Below, one piece after another: positions 10,470 to 23,962 of a stretch of 64,000 nt of DNA (position 1 is the first letter of the stretch; each line of letters opens with the position of its first letter). Origin of the DNA: Paraspadella gotoi (Eukaryota > Animalia > Chaetognatha); the NCBI GenBank assembly GCA_051294375.1, contig CM119266.1, positions 22,387,875 through 22,451,874 on the forward strand, read 5' to 3'. A program made the translations under genes and the position numbers. The notes under the pieces are model-generated. The model made no database searches, was not told where the DNA came from, and was given only the letters and a program-made list of their open reading frames with translations.

Positions 10470-12858
10470 TCAGTAGCTAATCAAAAAACTCTTCGCTGTG
10501 GAAATTCGGACACAGATGCTGCTGAAATCCGTGGAGGGGCGACGGAGGTGGAGATATGTTGTTATTCGAAGAGCTCGATGCATCCCGTCACCCGAGAGGG
10601 AAAAAGACCCAGAGTTGTCCGTCGACGAAAACTTGCCTGGCTGCTGCTGTGGTTTCTGTTTGTTGTAGACTGTTGGGGGTGTTGCATACTGTGCTGATTG
10701 AGTCCGTAGCCGATCGACGACAGGCTGCAGGAGGACGAGGAGGAAGAGGGAAGACGAAGAAACGACGAAGACGAGGCCTGCAAAAGGTCTACGCCGGAAG
10801 AATGTCGGCGGAGCATGAACCGGGAAGCGGCGCCATGCGCGCCGCCGTGTCGATGTTGACCCGGATGCGGCGCCGCTCGTCGGGAAGTAGAAGCAGCTCA
10901 TCGAAGGAGAACAAACACAAGGCGAGTTGAGGAATTCATTTGAGTTCTCTCTCCCGCCACTGATGTCTTCTCCTTCTTCCTCTCCTCCTTCTCCACCCGT
11001 TACGCGGTTCTCCTCCTCATTCCTCTCTGCTACTTCCTCCTCCTCCCACAAAACTTCCCTTGTTTAAAATTCTGAGGGTCGTTCCCGCCAAAACAGTTGC
11101 ATATTCGGATATTGTGAGATGGAACCGAGGCGGATAATGCGATGGGACGCGCCGGGCAGTGGCGGCTTCCGCCGCCTCAGCCACGAGGACCTTTCCAATG
11201 GTTCCGACGCCGGTGACGCGGTCGTTACCGTGGACGGACATTCCGTGCGACGATCATCGATCTGCGAAGACGACGAGACGACGCGATGATTGTTGTATTT
11301 GTTGTTGTTGTTGATCGCTTAGCGACGTGGACGCATAAACTGCTTGCAATGTGTTGTTGTTGTTGTTGTTGCTGTTGGGAGTGTTTGCATTTGATGAGCG
11401 TTTCATCGATTGATTCGCCAGCAAGTCCATGCACTCCTGGCGGAGCGGCATCGCCATAGCGGCGGCGTGATGCATCGTCATGGATCATTGACCGCGTTCA
11501 TGCCGGCGACCGTAACCCGCATCTGCTCGCTGAGGAGGCGTCGTCGTCCGCGGAAGTGGCGGCGCATCTAGGCGACGGCATCGGTTCAGGAAATATGCGC
11601 CGCCTTCCATGAGACTGGATATTGAGCGCCGGTCGGCGGCGACATGCGCCAAACGCCTCCAGATCCAGAGCAAAAGCTACTGTTGATTCGAGTGCTGCTG
11701 CATTTGCTGGCTGTTGCTGCTGAATGTGCATGTTTTGCGGGAGAGAGTTGGTTGATCGCGTGGTGGAGGTAGAGCTGATGAAGACTCCGTTCATCATAGC
11801 GTGCTGCTGTTGTGTTGTTGAGTTGCTGTTGCTGCTGAATATAACCCGGATGAAAATTCATCTTGTTGGAATACTGCCCTGAAACTGTTGTTGGATGGAT
11901 TGGAAGAGGTATGTCCGTTCTGCTGCCATCATCTGCTTGCCCTGGCATGTGTTGCTGCATCATCTTTGTCCGCAGACTCCGCTCAGGTCCCTGTATGCTG
12001 CCAGCGTGCTGATCTGCACTGCTAGACTCCACCTGTTGCACATGTCGCTCATGGGATTTCCGCATGATTTGCGATACTGACGTCGTTTTATTTGGGCGGC
12101 GGCGCCATGGTAAAACTGAGTCGTCCATCATTGGGTGCAGTAGCGGCTCCATGGGGCCGTTGTTGTTGTTGTTCCGGGTTGATTTAACGGTGGTTTTCAT
12201 GGCGTCATCGGCGACTTCATGCGCTGGAAGCCGCGGCGGATCTAGCTGCGGCCGCACCGTGCCGCCGCAGCCTGCAGCTTCGCCGCGCCGATTTTTGGCG
12301 CGAAAGTCGATTCGGGGTTCAGCTCCTTGGCGACGTTGGGCTACGGTTGCCGACCCACCAGGCGCCAAATCGTGAATCGACGACGCCGTTTGACCCACCG
12401 CATTCTCGCGTACAGGCGGCGAATTTGCCGAAACGGCGTCCCGGACGCACGCTGCTTCCTACGCCGCTGCGCCGACCCATCTCGGCGAACCAGTTCCCGG
12501 CGACGACGACGAGGATGACGACAACCGGCGCCCGCGGACGAAGTCGCAGACGTCGATCTTCGGCGCCGATTTCTTGCCTCGATCGGCCCGTCGAGTCTCT
12601 CCGCCTCCGGATCCCCCAACGCCTCGCGGATTCCGAAGGCTGTCCCCGAGCAGACAACGCCGACGACGCGTCTTCTTCCGACATCGCGCCGACGACGAGG
12701 GCGCCGGGGATCCGAGTCGGGTCGGAACCGGAAGTACCGACGCGACGTCTTGAGACCCGGCGGCGAGACGGCCGCTCCGGACGATCCCCCTTAGAGTGGA
12801 CCCGATTGAAGGCTGTTGCGTTTGGGCTTCATTCGAGGTTCTGGAACCAGACTTTCAC
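10470..12858 (-). CDS. Hox2: Terminal exon of a homeobox gene, most likely Hox2/proboscipedia: helix 3 plus a long Gln/Ser/Pro-rich C-terminal region, with many apparent frameshift errors
   Basis: After the acceptor tcttccag (AG 12860-12859) the sequence is GTG AAA GTC TGG TTC CAG AAC C-T CGA ATG AAG CCC AAA CGC = VKVWFQN(R)RMK(P/H)KR. The intron is at the classic homeodomain 44/45 position. About 2.3 kb of GC-rich sequence with poly-Q ORF pieces follows (11586-12398, 11225-11488, 10470-11051). The 3' end is approximate. Confidence 0.72.
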
Positions 12859-15800
12859 CTGGAAGACAGGGGGGGATGGCGAGATTGCCACAGTCCGTTA
12901 ATCGGTAGGCCAGGTCTGTCGACCATATGCTACAAATATCCAAGTGAGCGTCGTTAAGAGCAGCCTTTTTCATTAATATAAATAAATTAAAATCTCTCTC
13001 TTGGTTTTTTTNNNNNNNNNNNNNNNNNNNNNNNNNCCATGCCGTTTGGGCTTTAGGGGGGCAGGGGGCGGGGTACTCGGCGCTTGTCGGGGACGTCCTT
13101 CGAGGGGCGTCGTCTCCAATTCGGGCCGAGATTAATTCCTCGCACGAGATGAGCGAATATTTAATTTTTGAGTCAATTGATTCCATCGCGATTAGATTAA
13201 GTTCGCTCGAACCTAAAACCGTTAAATTGAGGATTGTATTATCTAAAAATGGGTCAAACGGGATGAAGAAGGTTTTGAAGATTTAGCTTTTTCAAGTTTT
13301 AAGGTTTTTGGGTTTAAATTAGAAAATATAAACTAAGAAAAGAATTACACTACCGAAAAAAAATTATCCGTATCCTGAAAAGAATAAACGTCAGCTGACA
13401 AAATTGACAAGGTCGTTGGATCCCCGAACCAAAAAAAAAGATAGGATGACGAGAATTCGTCTGACAAAAGATCAAGTGACATGTAATTCATGTCACGAAA
13501 AGACGTACACGTTCGTGACGCGTCTCATGCCGACGGAGCATTGGTAGGACTGTTGTTATTGCTTTTTGTGTGCGACGTAGTAATACTTCCGGTTCTAAAC
13601 CAAAGCTTTGTAAAAAATTGAGAATAAAGACAAAAAACCTTCCACTTTTTAATCCTCTTTTTAAAATTCCATTGTCTTTTTTTCTTTTTAAAAGATAAAC
13701 GTTGTCCGCGGAAACATGAAATCGGGTATAAAGAAAAACTGAAAAGACTTTCGAAAAAAAGAAAGAAAAAAAAGAAGAAAAAAAAAGAAAGCCAATGACG
13801 AAAAGGAATCGTTCCCTATTCAAATATTGATAGGTCCGCCCGCGGGGCATAGAGTAAGAGAGGGTAGGAAACGGCGAAGGTAAGAGAATAAAAGGAAAAG
13901 AGAAAGGGTGATATGAAGAGTTTTAGGAAGATAAAAGTAAAGAAAGAACAATAGGGTTTTCTACTTCGGCGGAGAATCGTTGTTNNNNNNNNNNNNNNNN
14001 NNNNNNNNNNNNNNNNNNNNNNNNNNNNNNNNNNNNNNNNNNNNNNNNNNNNNNNNNNNNNNNNNNNNNNNNNNNNNNNNNNNNNNNNNNNNNNNNNNNN
14101 NNNNNNNNNNNNNNNNNNNNNNNNNNNNNNNNNNNNNNNNNNNNNNNNNNNNNNNNNNNNNNNNNNNNNNNNNNNNNNNNNNNNNNNNNNNNNNNNNNNN
14201 NNNNNNNNNNNNNNNNNNNNNNNNNNNNNNNNNNNNNNNNGAAACAAAACCTCAACTTGATCGTAGGATCGATGGAAACACGGAATAACAAGCTCGCCTT
14301 TTTCTTTCTCTGACGTTAATATAAAAAAAAGAATACACGATACTGATCAAAATAATAAGAACGAGTGTCAGAGTGGTATAAAAATATATGAGCTCCTCTT
14401 CTAAATTTTCATTTTCTCGATTCTAAATTAATTTTATTCTCTGTAATTGAAAGCAAAGGAGTCAAGTGGGGGGGCAGCGAGCCAGCATTCGCCTCTAAGA
14501 AAACGCAAATCCAACATCTGCGCCGGGCGCTGGTCATTTGGTATGGAGAATGAAAGCCAAAAACCACCTTCCCCTTTTACTCCTCTTCAATCACCCAATC
14601 GTTTTTTTCTTTGTTTAAAAAGAGTAAACCTCGTTGTTCCCCGCGACAATGATGAAAGTCGTGTATAAAGCACAAAACTGAAACAAAGACTTTCTAAACA
14701 AAAAGAAACAGCAAAAGAGGGGGAGAAAAAGAAAAAACAAAGAGAAGAAAAACCGAACCAAATGACGAAAAGGAATCATTCCCCTACCTTCAATATTGAA
14801 GGAAGTCGCCCGCGGCGCATAGGACTAAGAGGGTAGGAGACGGCGAGAGGAAGAGGAATAAGAAAGGAAAAGGAGAAGCCGGTGGATATGAAGAGTTTTA
14901 GGAAGGATAGAAAGTAAAGAACAGAACAATAGGTTTCTACTTCGGGACGGATGAATCGTTGTTGTCCAAACAAAAAAAAAGCAAAAAGAAAAAAAAGGAC
15001 AAACAGGGTCCTGGGAGGAAATTTTGTTGCGGGCCGGAAGAAAGACTGAGACAGAGAACACCGAAAAGACTCGCGGACCGCAAAGAAGAGAGACAGAAGA
15101 GAACGAAACGTGGCTTCGCACCCTTCATCGCACTCGGATCGGCCGTTGTCCCAGACTGCGAAACTTCTGTCGCTCGCACGCACGAGGACGGAGAGCACGA
15201 CGAGAGCCCAGAGAGAGAGAGAGCAGAGAGAGAGAGAAGGAGAGAGAAGAGAGAGAGAGAGAGGAGAGAGAGCGAGAGAGCACGCGCTGATGAACGCACC
15301 AAAACCTCAAACTTGATCGTAGGCACGATCGGAACTACGCGAATGAACAACCTCGCCTTCCTTCTTTCTCTCGATCGCTTATCCATACCGTCAAAAAGAC
15401 AACTTACCACAACTACTGATCCAACCCAATACATCACAGAACGAGTGTTCAGAGTATACCCAACTATATGGCGAGCTCTCTTCTAACTTCAAAATTTTCC
15501 TCGATCTCTAATTTCAACTTTCTCATTCTCTCCTGTAATTGAACGCAAGCCGTCACACCGTGGCGGGCGCGGGAATCTAACTTTTTCATCTTTAGACCAT
15601 CTACACAACGACAACACTTCTCATACCCATCGACGCGGGACCCGCGACGAAGAAAGATGCTCTTTTTCTTTATCTTCCGCTGATATAATCCGAGCCGAAG
15701 AAATCTGTTTTACGTTTCCGCAGCGATCGCACCACGAAATGATCAAAGACACCGAACGCATCTGGGATCGAAGAACGCCATGCTTCGATTCCAGCCCGCC

Positions 15801-16265
15801 TTGCGGGGGGCGCTGCGCGGGGAGCCGTAACCTGCGGTACGGGGGCTTACGGGGGAGAACGATCCCGATATCGCGAAAACTCGCTTTTTCAGTCCTCTTT
15901 TTCGTTAGACTAGCGTAACACNNNNNNNNNNNNNNNNNNNNNNNNNAGGTAAAAATATCAATTTGGTCGCGCATCGTGTTAAATAATTATTAATTATTAT
16001 CTCATGCTTTTTCGAGCGAAGAAAATTTGGCCACAGAGAAACGCCATCTTGCTGTAAAACTTTTGACCACTATCGATCTTGCCGCAGATCAAAAAAGAGA
16101 CCGCGCATCCAACGTTTCGACGAAAAAAGGTGAATTTAAAGCAACACCTCTTTCCTCGAAACCCGGACGGGCGACTTCGCCCGGTGATTGATGGAATCTC
16201 CGACGGTTTTAATGATCCGGGGGGAAGGCGGGACAATCGACGACGACGAAGAAGAAGACGGATGA

Positions 16266-16297
<32 letters not shown>

Positions 16298-16569
16298 GGT
16301 CAAGAATTTTACGAATGTTATTAAAAGAGACGCGTGGATTAGGATGACACGGGATATGATTTCGTGAAGAAGGTGTAATTAATTATGAATGATGATGAAA
16401 TTGTCTTTATACGCTATGAAGTTAAATTAAAATTAAATATTTCTTTTCTATCAGCATATTCCTTTGAGTTCGATTGTAAAAATCTAGTAAATGAAAAACC
16501 ATTTAAACTTGGTCTTGACTGTCGTTAATCATCATGAAGAAGTCAGGTTTACCCTGTAGCTCAAAAAAA

Positions 16570-19320
16570 AAAATTATGCAAAAAAAATGATGTCCGTCCG
16601 TCCGTCTGTCCGTCCGTCGCCGTCCGTCAGTCCCACCTTGAGCAAAAAAACACCAAATTACTCGTGATTGGATGGATGGAATTGAATAACATTTTGTGCG
16701 CTGTGGGATAGGTAAGTGTCGTGATTGGAGAGCTGGATATGAAGTTTCGGAATGGATCGTCGAGTGGAAATGATGTTTAAATGCGAAAAACCAAAAAAAA
16801 TTTATATCACTATTTTGAACACCAATTGACTCATGAGTGGGTAGGGCTGATTGACCTGGGAATTTTGGTATGTGGGTATGGAAGTGTGTGATTGAACACG
16901 GAAATCAGCTTCGATGGAATAGTTTGAGTGGAAATGAGTTGAATGGAAAAAACAAAAAACAGGTTTCCTAATTGATATATGCTTGTATTTTCCTTTATAT
17001 TAATGTATATGCAGGATGCTATTAATAAATCAAATAATATATCAGTTAATGTAATCAAATAGATAAATAAATTAATCAATAATTAAATTAATTAGTCAAT
17101 CAAGTCTCGTCCATCCGTCCCACCTTAGCAAAAAAGCTCCAATGAACTCCGTGATTGGCTTGGTTGGATTCGGAAATTAGAATTTTTGTGTGTGGACAGG
17201 AAAAGTGTGTGATACAAGCTGGTATGAAAGTTTTTGAAGGAATCGTGTGACGTATAAGTTTTAAAATGGAAAAAACATAAGTCGCATTTACTCAAAATCT
17301 TTTTACTGTATTTTATTCAATAAAATACACAATATCTTAATGCTAATTAGATGGATAGATTTGAGTTGAAAATTTGGTGTGTGGGTAGACAAATGTGTGA
17401 CAGAAGCTTCTATATAAAGTTTCGGTGGAAACGTTACAGTGGAAATGAGTTAAATAAAAAAAAATATGATCACATTACTTGAATCTTTTTATTTATTTTA
17501 ACCATGATAGATTGAGATGAAATTTGTTGAGCCGGTAGGGAAAGTTGAGTGAAGAAGCTAGATATAAAGTTTTGACGGAATGCAGTTGAAAAAATGATCG
17601 CAGTTAAAAAAATCCTTAAAGCATAAGGGATCTGTCGCAATGGCATAAAAAGAGAGAGAGAGAGGAGAGAGAGTAGAAAGAGATGAGAGAGTAGAGAAAG
17701 GGAGGAGAGAAGAGAGAGAGAGAGAGAAGAGGAGAGAGAGGAGAGAGAGAGAGAGACAGAGGAGAGAGAGAGGAGACATAAAAAAAATAGAGGATATCTC
17801 GTTTGTGTTTATAAAATGTAAACAAAACATTAAATAACTGTCCTGACTGCAATTTTAAGGACCATCATGATGACAAGCTGAATTATAAATATAATTTAAT
17901 TATTAAATTAATCTTAATTAATTAAATCGATTAATTAATTAACTGTAATTAATTAATTATCGTAGGCAGAATCGACATTGGTTTGCTCAACTGTTAGTAG
18001 ACTGCTTACTGCCCCAGCAACTCCGACTCTAGTCAACTCACTTTTTATAACTCACTTTTCGGCTCCGTCGGCCTCGACCCCCTCATATTGTCGGGCACAC
18101 ACTTATATCATACTCAGAACCATGAATTTATGAATAAATTATGCAAAAAAAATGATGTCCGTCGTCCGTCTGTCCGTCCGCGTCCGTCCGTCGTCTCAGT
18201 CCACCTTAGGCAAAAAACACCAATTACTCGTGATTGGATGGATTGATTTAATGAAATTTGTGTGTGGATAGGTAAGTGTGTGATTGAGCTGGCATATTAG
18301 TCTTCGCATGGAATCGCCCGAGTGGAAATGAGTTTAAATGGACAAACACAAAAAATATATGTCCACCTATTTGAACACCAAGCCTCATGAGTGATGGCTG
18401 ATTGACCTCGGAATTTTGTATGTGGAGTAGGAAAGTGTGTGATTGAAACAGGAAATCAGAGTTTCGATGGAATCAGTTAGAGGGGGGGGGGGGGGCGGGG
18501 GGGGGGGGCGGGGGGCTGAGTGCGAATGCAGTTTAAATGGACAAAAAACAAAACACCTGTTATAACTAATTGATTAGCCTTCTTCTTTCCTTTTATATCT
18601 AAATGTACTTGCAGGATGTATTAATAAATCAATATAACTACATCAGCTTAATTACCACTCAACTTAGTAAATAACTTAAATCAACTAACCTAATTGAATT
18701 ATCAATCAATCCGTCCATCGTTGCCCCATCTTTCACAAAGGCTCCAAATCAACTCGTGATTCGCTGCGGTTGGATGGAATTAAATTTTGGTGTGGGTAGG
18801 ACCAGTGTGTGACTAAAGCCTGATATACAAATTTCCGATGGCACATCCGCTCCCCGTGAGTGGACCAATTAGTTTACACATGGAACACAAACATAAGTCG
18901 ACATCCTTACTAAAATACTTTTCCTTACTTATCTTTAACCAACTAAACTACTCCCACAACATTCCGAAAATGGATGGAAAGACTTCGACGTTGATACTTT
19001 TCGTGCGTGGCGTACGGAAAACGTATGAACACGCCCTTGATATAAAGTTTCAGTGGAAACAGTACAGTGGAAATGAGTTTAACCATGAAAAAAAATAGTC
19101 ACATTTACCCTCACATCTTTTATTTATTTTAAGACCTCCCATGAAGATTGAGATGAACTTTGTGTAGTCCGTACCGCGCCAAAGTGCAGTCGAAGCCAAA
19201 GCTAGATATAAATCANNNNNNNNNNNNNNNNNNNNNNNNNTGCAAGTTGAAAAAATGATGCCAGTTAAAAAAATCTTAAAGCATAAGGATCGTCGCAATG
19301 GCATAAAAAGAGAGAGAGAG
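16570..19320 (+). mobile_element. Two noisy copies of the same Helentron-like element (16570-17990 and ~18050-19320)
   Basis: Same (GTCC)n tract and ~155-bp units as 22380-23800. The 16570 copy has the same left flank as the 22380 copy, so it is probably an assembly duplicate. Confidence 0.65.
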
Positions 19321-21153
19321 AGACGTGACGGACGACGATCGGACCGACCGACAACGTATGATCGACGACGTTGGACAATCGGACAACAGACGACGAATGA
19401 CGGACGGTTGACGGCCGAGCCGGCGGACCGGAAAGATCTCCAACTTCTAGGTCGCTTTCAAGAACTTTAAGCTATGAAGAAAGAAAGGAGAGTAACGAAG
19501 AGAGAAGAGAGAGATAGGAAGAAGAAAAGAAAAAGAGTTTGGGCGGGAGAATCAGAAACATTAGAGGACGAGAGAGAGAGATGAGAGAGAGAGAGAGTAG
19601 TAGAGTATAGAGGAAGAGCGAGAGGAAGAGAGAGAGAGAGAGAGAAGATAGATCTTCTATTCGTTATTGAAAAGCAGGAGAAATGAAAAAGGAGCATTCT
19701 GTCTACCTCTTTTACATTTCATTTTCTATTTTCAGGATAAGTTACGTTGAAACAAAAGAGAACAAACTTGATTGGAAGGAACTAAGGCAATGGAAACGAA
19801 TCGTTCGGTCGGAGGGCTTGGCCCCGGGAGGAAAGGGGAGATGGGAGAAAGGACATCCGAGGCGGGGGGTATCAGATGAGAGCTTTAATTAAGTTTAGCT
19901 GGAAGGAAAGATGATGGCGCGTGTGGGCCAGAAGGTGGGCAACGCGGGTACGCTTGGCAGGGGAACGCCACGAGGGGGCATTTTGGGGAGTTGGGTCGAG
20001 AGCATCGGCCCATGCCGTTTGGGCTTTAGGGGGGCAGGGGGCGGGGTACTCGGCGCTTGTCGGGGACGTCCTTCTGAGGGGCGTCGTCTCCAATTCGGGC
20101 CGAGATTAATTCCTCGCGCACGAAGATGAGCGAATATTTATTTTTGAGTCAATTGATCCATCGCGATTAGATTAATTCGCTCGAGAACCTAAAACCGTTA
20201 AATTGAGGATTGTATTATCTAAAATGGGTCAAACGGAGATGAAGAAGCTTTTGAAGATGTTTAGCACTTTTTTAAGTCTTTAGGTTTTGGTTTTAATTTA
20301 GGAAAATGATAAACTAAGAAAAGAAATTACGGCTACCGAAAAAAAATTATCCGTATCCTGAAAAGAAAAACGTCAAGCTGAAAAATTGACAAGGTCGTTG
20401 GATCCCCGACCAAAAAAAAGATAGGATGACGAGAATGTCTGACAAAAGATCAAGTGACATGTACTTCATGTCACGAAAAGACGTAACACGTTCGTGAACG
20501 CGGCTCATGCACGGAGCATTGGTAGGACTGTTGTTATTGTCTGTTTTGTGTGCGACGTAGTAATATTCCGGTTCTAAACCAAAGTTTTGTAAAAAATTGA
20601 GAATAAAGACAAAAACCTTCCACTTTTTAATCCTCTTTTTAAAAATCCATTGTCTTTTTTTTCTTTTTAAAAAGATAAACGTTGTCCGCGGAAACATGAA
20701 AATCGGGTATATAAAGAAAAACTGAAAAGAACTTTCAAAAGAAAAAAAGAAGAGAAAAAAAAGGAAAAGAAAAAAAAAAGAAAAAGAACCAATGACGAAA
20801 AGGAATCATTCCCTATTTCAAATATTGATAGGTCCGCCCGCGGGCATAGAGTAAGAGAGGGTAGGAAACGGCGAAGGAAAGAGAATAAAAGGAAAAGAGA
20901 AAGGGTGATATGAAGGAGTTTTAGGAAGATAAAAGTAAAGAAGAACAATAGGGTTTTCTACTCGGCGGAGAATCGTTGTTGTCAAAAAAAAAAAAAAAAA
21001 AAAAAAAGAAAAAAAGGTTGAGGAAATTTTGTTGCGGCGAAGAAAGACTGAGACAAGAAACGAAAAGACGGAGAGCAAAGAGAGAGAAAGAGAGAATGAA
21101 AGTGGTTGACTTGATGGATCGGTTGTCCAGACTGGAAACTTTTGGTCGCACGA

Positions 21154-21246
<93 letters not shown>

Positions 21247-22379
21247 CGCTGATGAAACAAACCTCAACTTGATCGTAGGATCGATGGAAACACGGAATAA
21301 CAAGCTCGCCTTTTCTTTCTTCTGACGTTAATATAAAAAAAAGAATAACACATACTGATAAAATAATAAGAACGAGTGTCAGAGTGGTATAAAAATATAT
21401 GAGCTCCTCTTCTAAATTTTATTTTCTCGATTCTAAATTAATTTTATTCTCTGTAATTGAAAGCAAAGGAGTCAAGTGGGGGGGGGAATCTACTTTTTCA
21501 TTTTAGACTCAATTAAAAGAAGAAATTTCATCCAATGACCGACGCGACGAAGAAAGATGCTCTTTTTTTTTATCTTCGCTGATTAATCGAGCGAAGAAAT
21601 CTGTTTTCGTTTCCGTCGATCGAACGATGACAAAAAGCATCGGGGATGAAGAACGATGCTCGATCAGGCCTTGTCGGGGGGGTGGGAGGGTAACTGGGTA
21701 GGGGGTTAGGGGGAGAAGATCCGAATCGGAAAATGGTTTTAGTCCTCTCTTTTCGTTAGATAGGTAAAAATATCAATTTGGTCGCGCATCGTGTTAAATA
21801 ATTATTAATTATTATCTCATGCTTTTTCGAGCGAAGAAAATTTGGCCACAGAGAAACGCCATCTTGCTGTAAAACTTTTGACCTCTATCGATCTTGCCGC
21901 AGATCAAAAAAGAGACCGCGCATCCAACGTTTCGACGAAAAAAGGTGAATTTAAAGCAACACCTCTCTTCCTCGAAACCCGGACGGCGCGACTTCGCCCG
22001 GTGATTGATGGAATCTCCGACGGTTTTAATGATCCGGGGGGAAGGCGGGACAATCGACGACGACGAAGAAGAAGACGGATGACGTCGTCGTCGTCGTCGT
22101 CGTCGTCGTCGGTCAAGAATTTTACGAATGTTATTAAAAGAGACGCGTGGATTAGGTGACACCGGGATATGATTTCGTGAAGAAGGTGTAATTAATTATG
22201 AATGATGATGAAATTGTCTTTTATAGCTATGAAGTTAAATTAAAATTAAATATTTCTTTTCTATCAGCATATTCCTTTGAGTTCGATTGTAAAATCTAGT
22301 AAATGAAAAAACCATTTAAACTTGGTCTTGACTGTCGTTAATCATCATGAAGAAAGTCAGGTTTACCCTGTAGCTCAAA

Positions 22380-23479
22380 AAAAAAAATTATCAAAAAAAA
22401 TGATGTCCGTTCCGTCCGTTGTCCGTCCGTCCGTCCGTCCGTCATCCCACCTTAGCAAAAAACACCAAATTACTCGTGATTGGATGGATGGATTTTGAAT
22501 AACATTTTGTGTGTGGATAGGTAAGTGTGTGATTGAGCTGGATATGAAGTTTCGATGGAATCGTCCGAGTGGAAAATGAGTTTAAATGGAAAAAACAAAA
22601 AAATATATTCACTATTTGAACACCAATTGCTCCATGAGTGGCATGGGCTGATTGACCTGGAATTTTGTATGTGGGTAGAAAAGTGTGTGATTGAACAGGA
22701 AATCAAGTTTCGATGAATAGTTTGAGTGGAAATGAGTTGAAAATGGAAAAAACAAAAAACAGGTTTCACTAATTGATTATGCTTGTTTTTCCTTTAATTA
22801 AATGTATAATGAGGATGTATTAATAAATCAAATAATTAATCCGTAATTAATCAAATAATAATAAATAATCAATAATTAATTAATTAGTCAATCAATCCGT
22901 CCATCCGTCCACCTTAGCAAAAAGCTCCAATAACTCGTGATTGGCTGGTTGGATTGGAATTGAATTTTGTGTGTGGGTAGGAAAGTGTGTGATATAACTG
23001 GATATAAAGTTTTGATGGAATCGTGTGAGTGGATTAGTTTAAAATGAGAAAACCATAAGTCGCATTTACTAAAATCTTTTTACTTATTTTAATCAATAAA
23101 TACACAATATACAATTAATCATAATTAGATGGATAGATTGAGTTGAATTTGTGTGTGGGTAAACAAATGTGTGACGAAGCTTGATATATAGTTTCGGTGG
23201 AAACGTACCAGTGGAAATGAGTTTAAATAAAAAAAATATGAGTCACATTTACTTGAATCTTTTTATTTATTTTAACCCATGATAGATTGAGATGAAATTT
23301 TGTGAGCCGGTAGGAAAGTGAGTGAAGAAGCTAGATATAAAAGTTTTGACGGAAATGCAAGTTGAAAAAAATGATGCCAGTTAAAAAAAATCTTAAAGCA
23401 TAAAGGATCGTCGCAATGGCATAAAAAGAGAGAGAGAGAGAGAAGAGAGAGAGTGAGAAGAGAGAGAGGAGTAGAGAGA

Positions 23480-23551
<72 letters not shown>

Positions 23552-23800
23552 AGGAGGAACATAAAATAAAATAAGAGGAATATTTTTTTGTTTATAAAAT
23601 GTAAACAAAACATTTAATAACTGTCGCTGACTCATTTAAGGACATCGATGATGACAATGCTGAAATATAAATTATAATTAATTATTAAAATTATTAATTA
23701 TTAATCGATGTAATTAATTAATTAATTAATTAAATTATCGTNNNNNNNNNNNNNNNNNNNNNNNNNAGGCAGATCCGACATTGTTTGCTCAAACTTGTTT
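22380..23800 (+). mobile_element. Helentron/DINE-1-like non-autonomous element (5' truncated)
   Basis: (GTCC)n tract at ~22404-22443 and ~150-160-bp internal tandem units (ACTCGTGATTGG..TTTGTGTGTGGGTAGGAAAGTGTGTGA..AAGTTTCGATGGAATCG..GAGTGGAAATGAGTTTAAA). The 3' end has sub-TIR AGGCAGATCCGAC, a GTTTG-CT-CAAAC stem-loop and CTTGTTT (23767-23800). Confidence 0.7.
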
Positions 23801-23931
23801 CTTCTTATTTGTCTTCGTCTTTTCTTCAGCCTCAATGAAAACTTTTCGACTCCAAGTTCCAACGGACTTAAATACAAAGCCACGATATACATAGTATTTC
23901 GCCGGAGGCGGCACGGAGCGGCGGCGGCGGC

Positions 23932-23962
<31 letters not shown>

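Larger units (their letters stand above)
13037..23800 (+). repeat. Direct duplication 13037-17990 = 20010-23790, plus an extra noisy copy at ~14640-15920
   Basis: Near-identical colinear sequence, with boundaries at 25-N gaps (13012-13036, 15922-15946, 19216-19240, 23742-23766). Confidence 0.85.

Noticed and set aside
16550-16562. TACCCTGTAGCTC (also at ~22364), resembling the start of Hox-associated miR-10/miR-993 5p arms
   Set aside because: Only 13 nt match, followed by poly-A and a transposon. There is no complementary 3p arm or hairpin.
18484-18516. Poly-G run as a G-quadruplex
   Set aside because: It is absent from the equivalent position of the other copies of this element and lies in a low-quality segment, so it is probably an artefact.
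22470-23400. Regularly spaced repeats as a CRISPR-like array
   Set aside because: Whole ~155-bp units are homologous with no unique spacers, and the context is a eukaryotic transposon.
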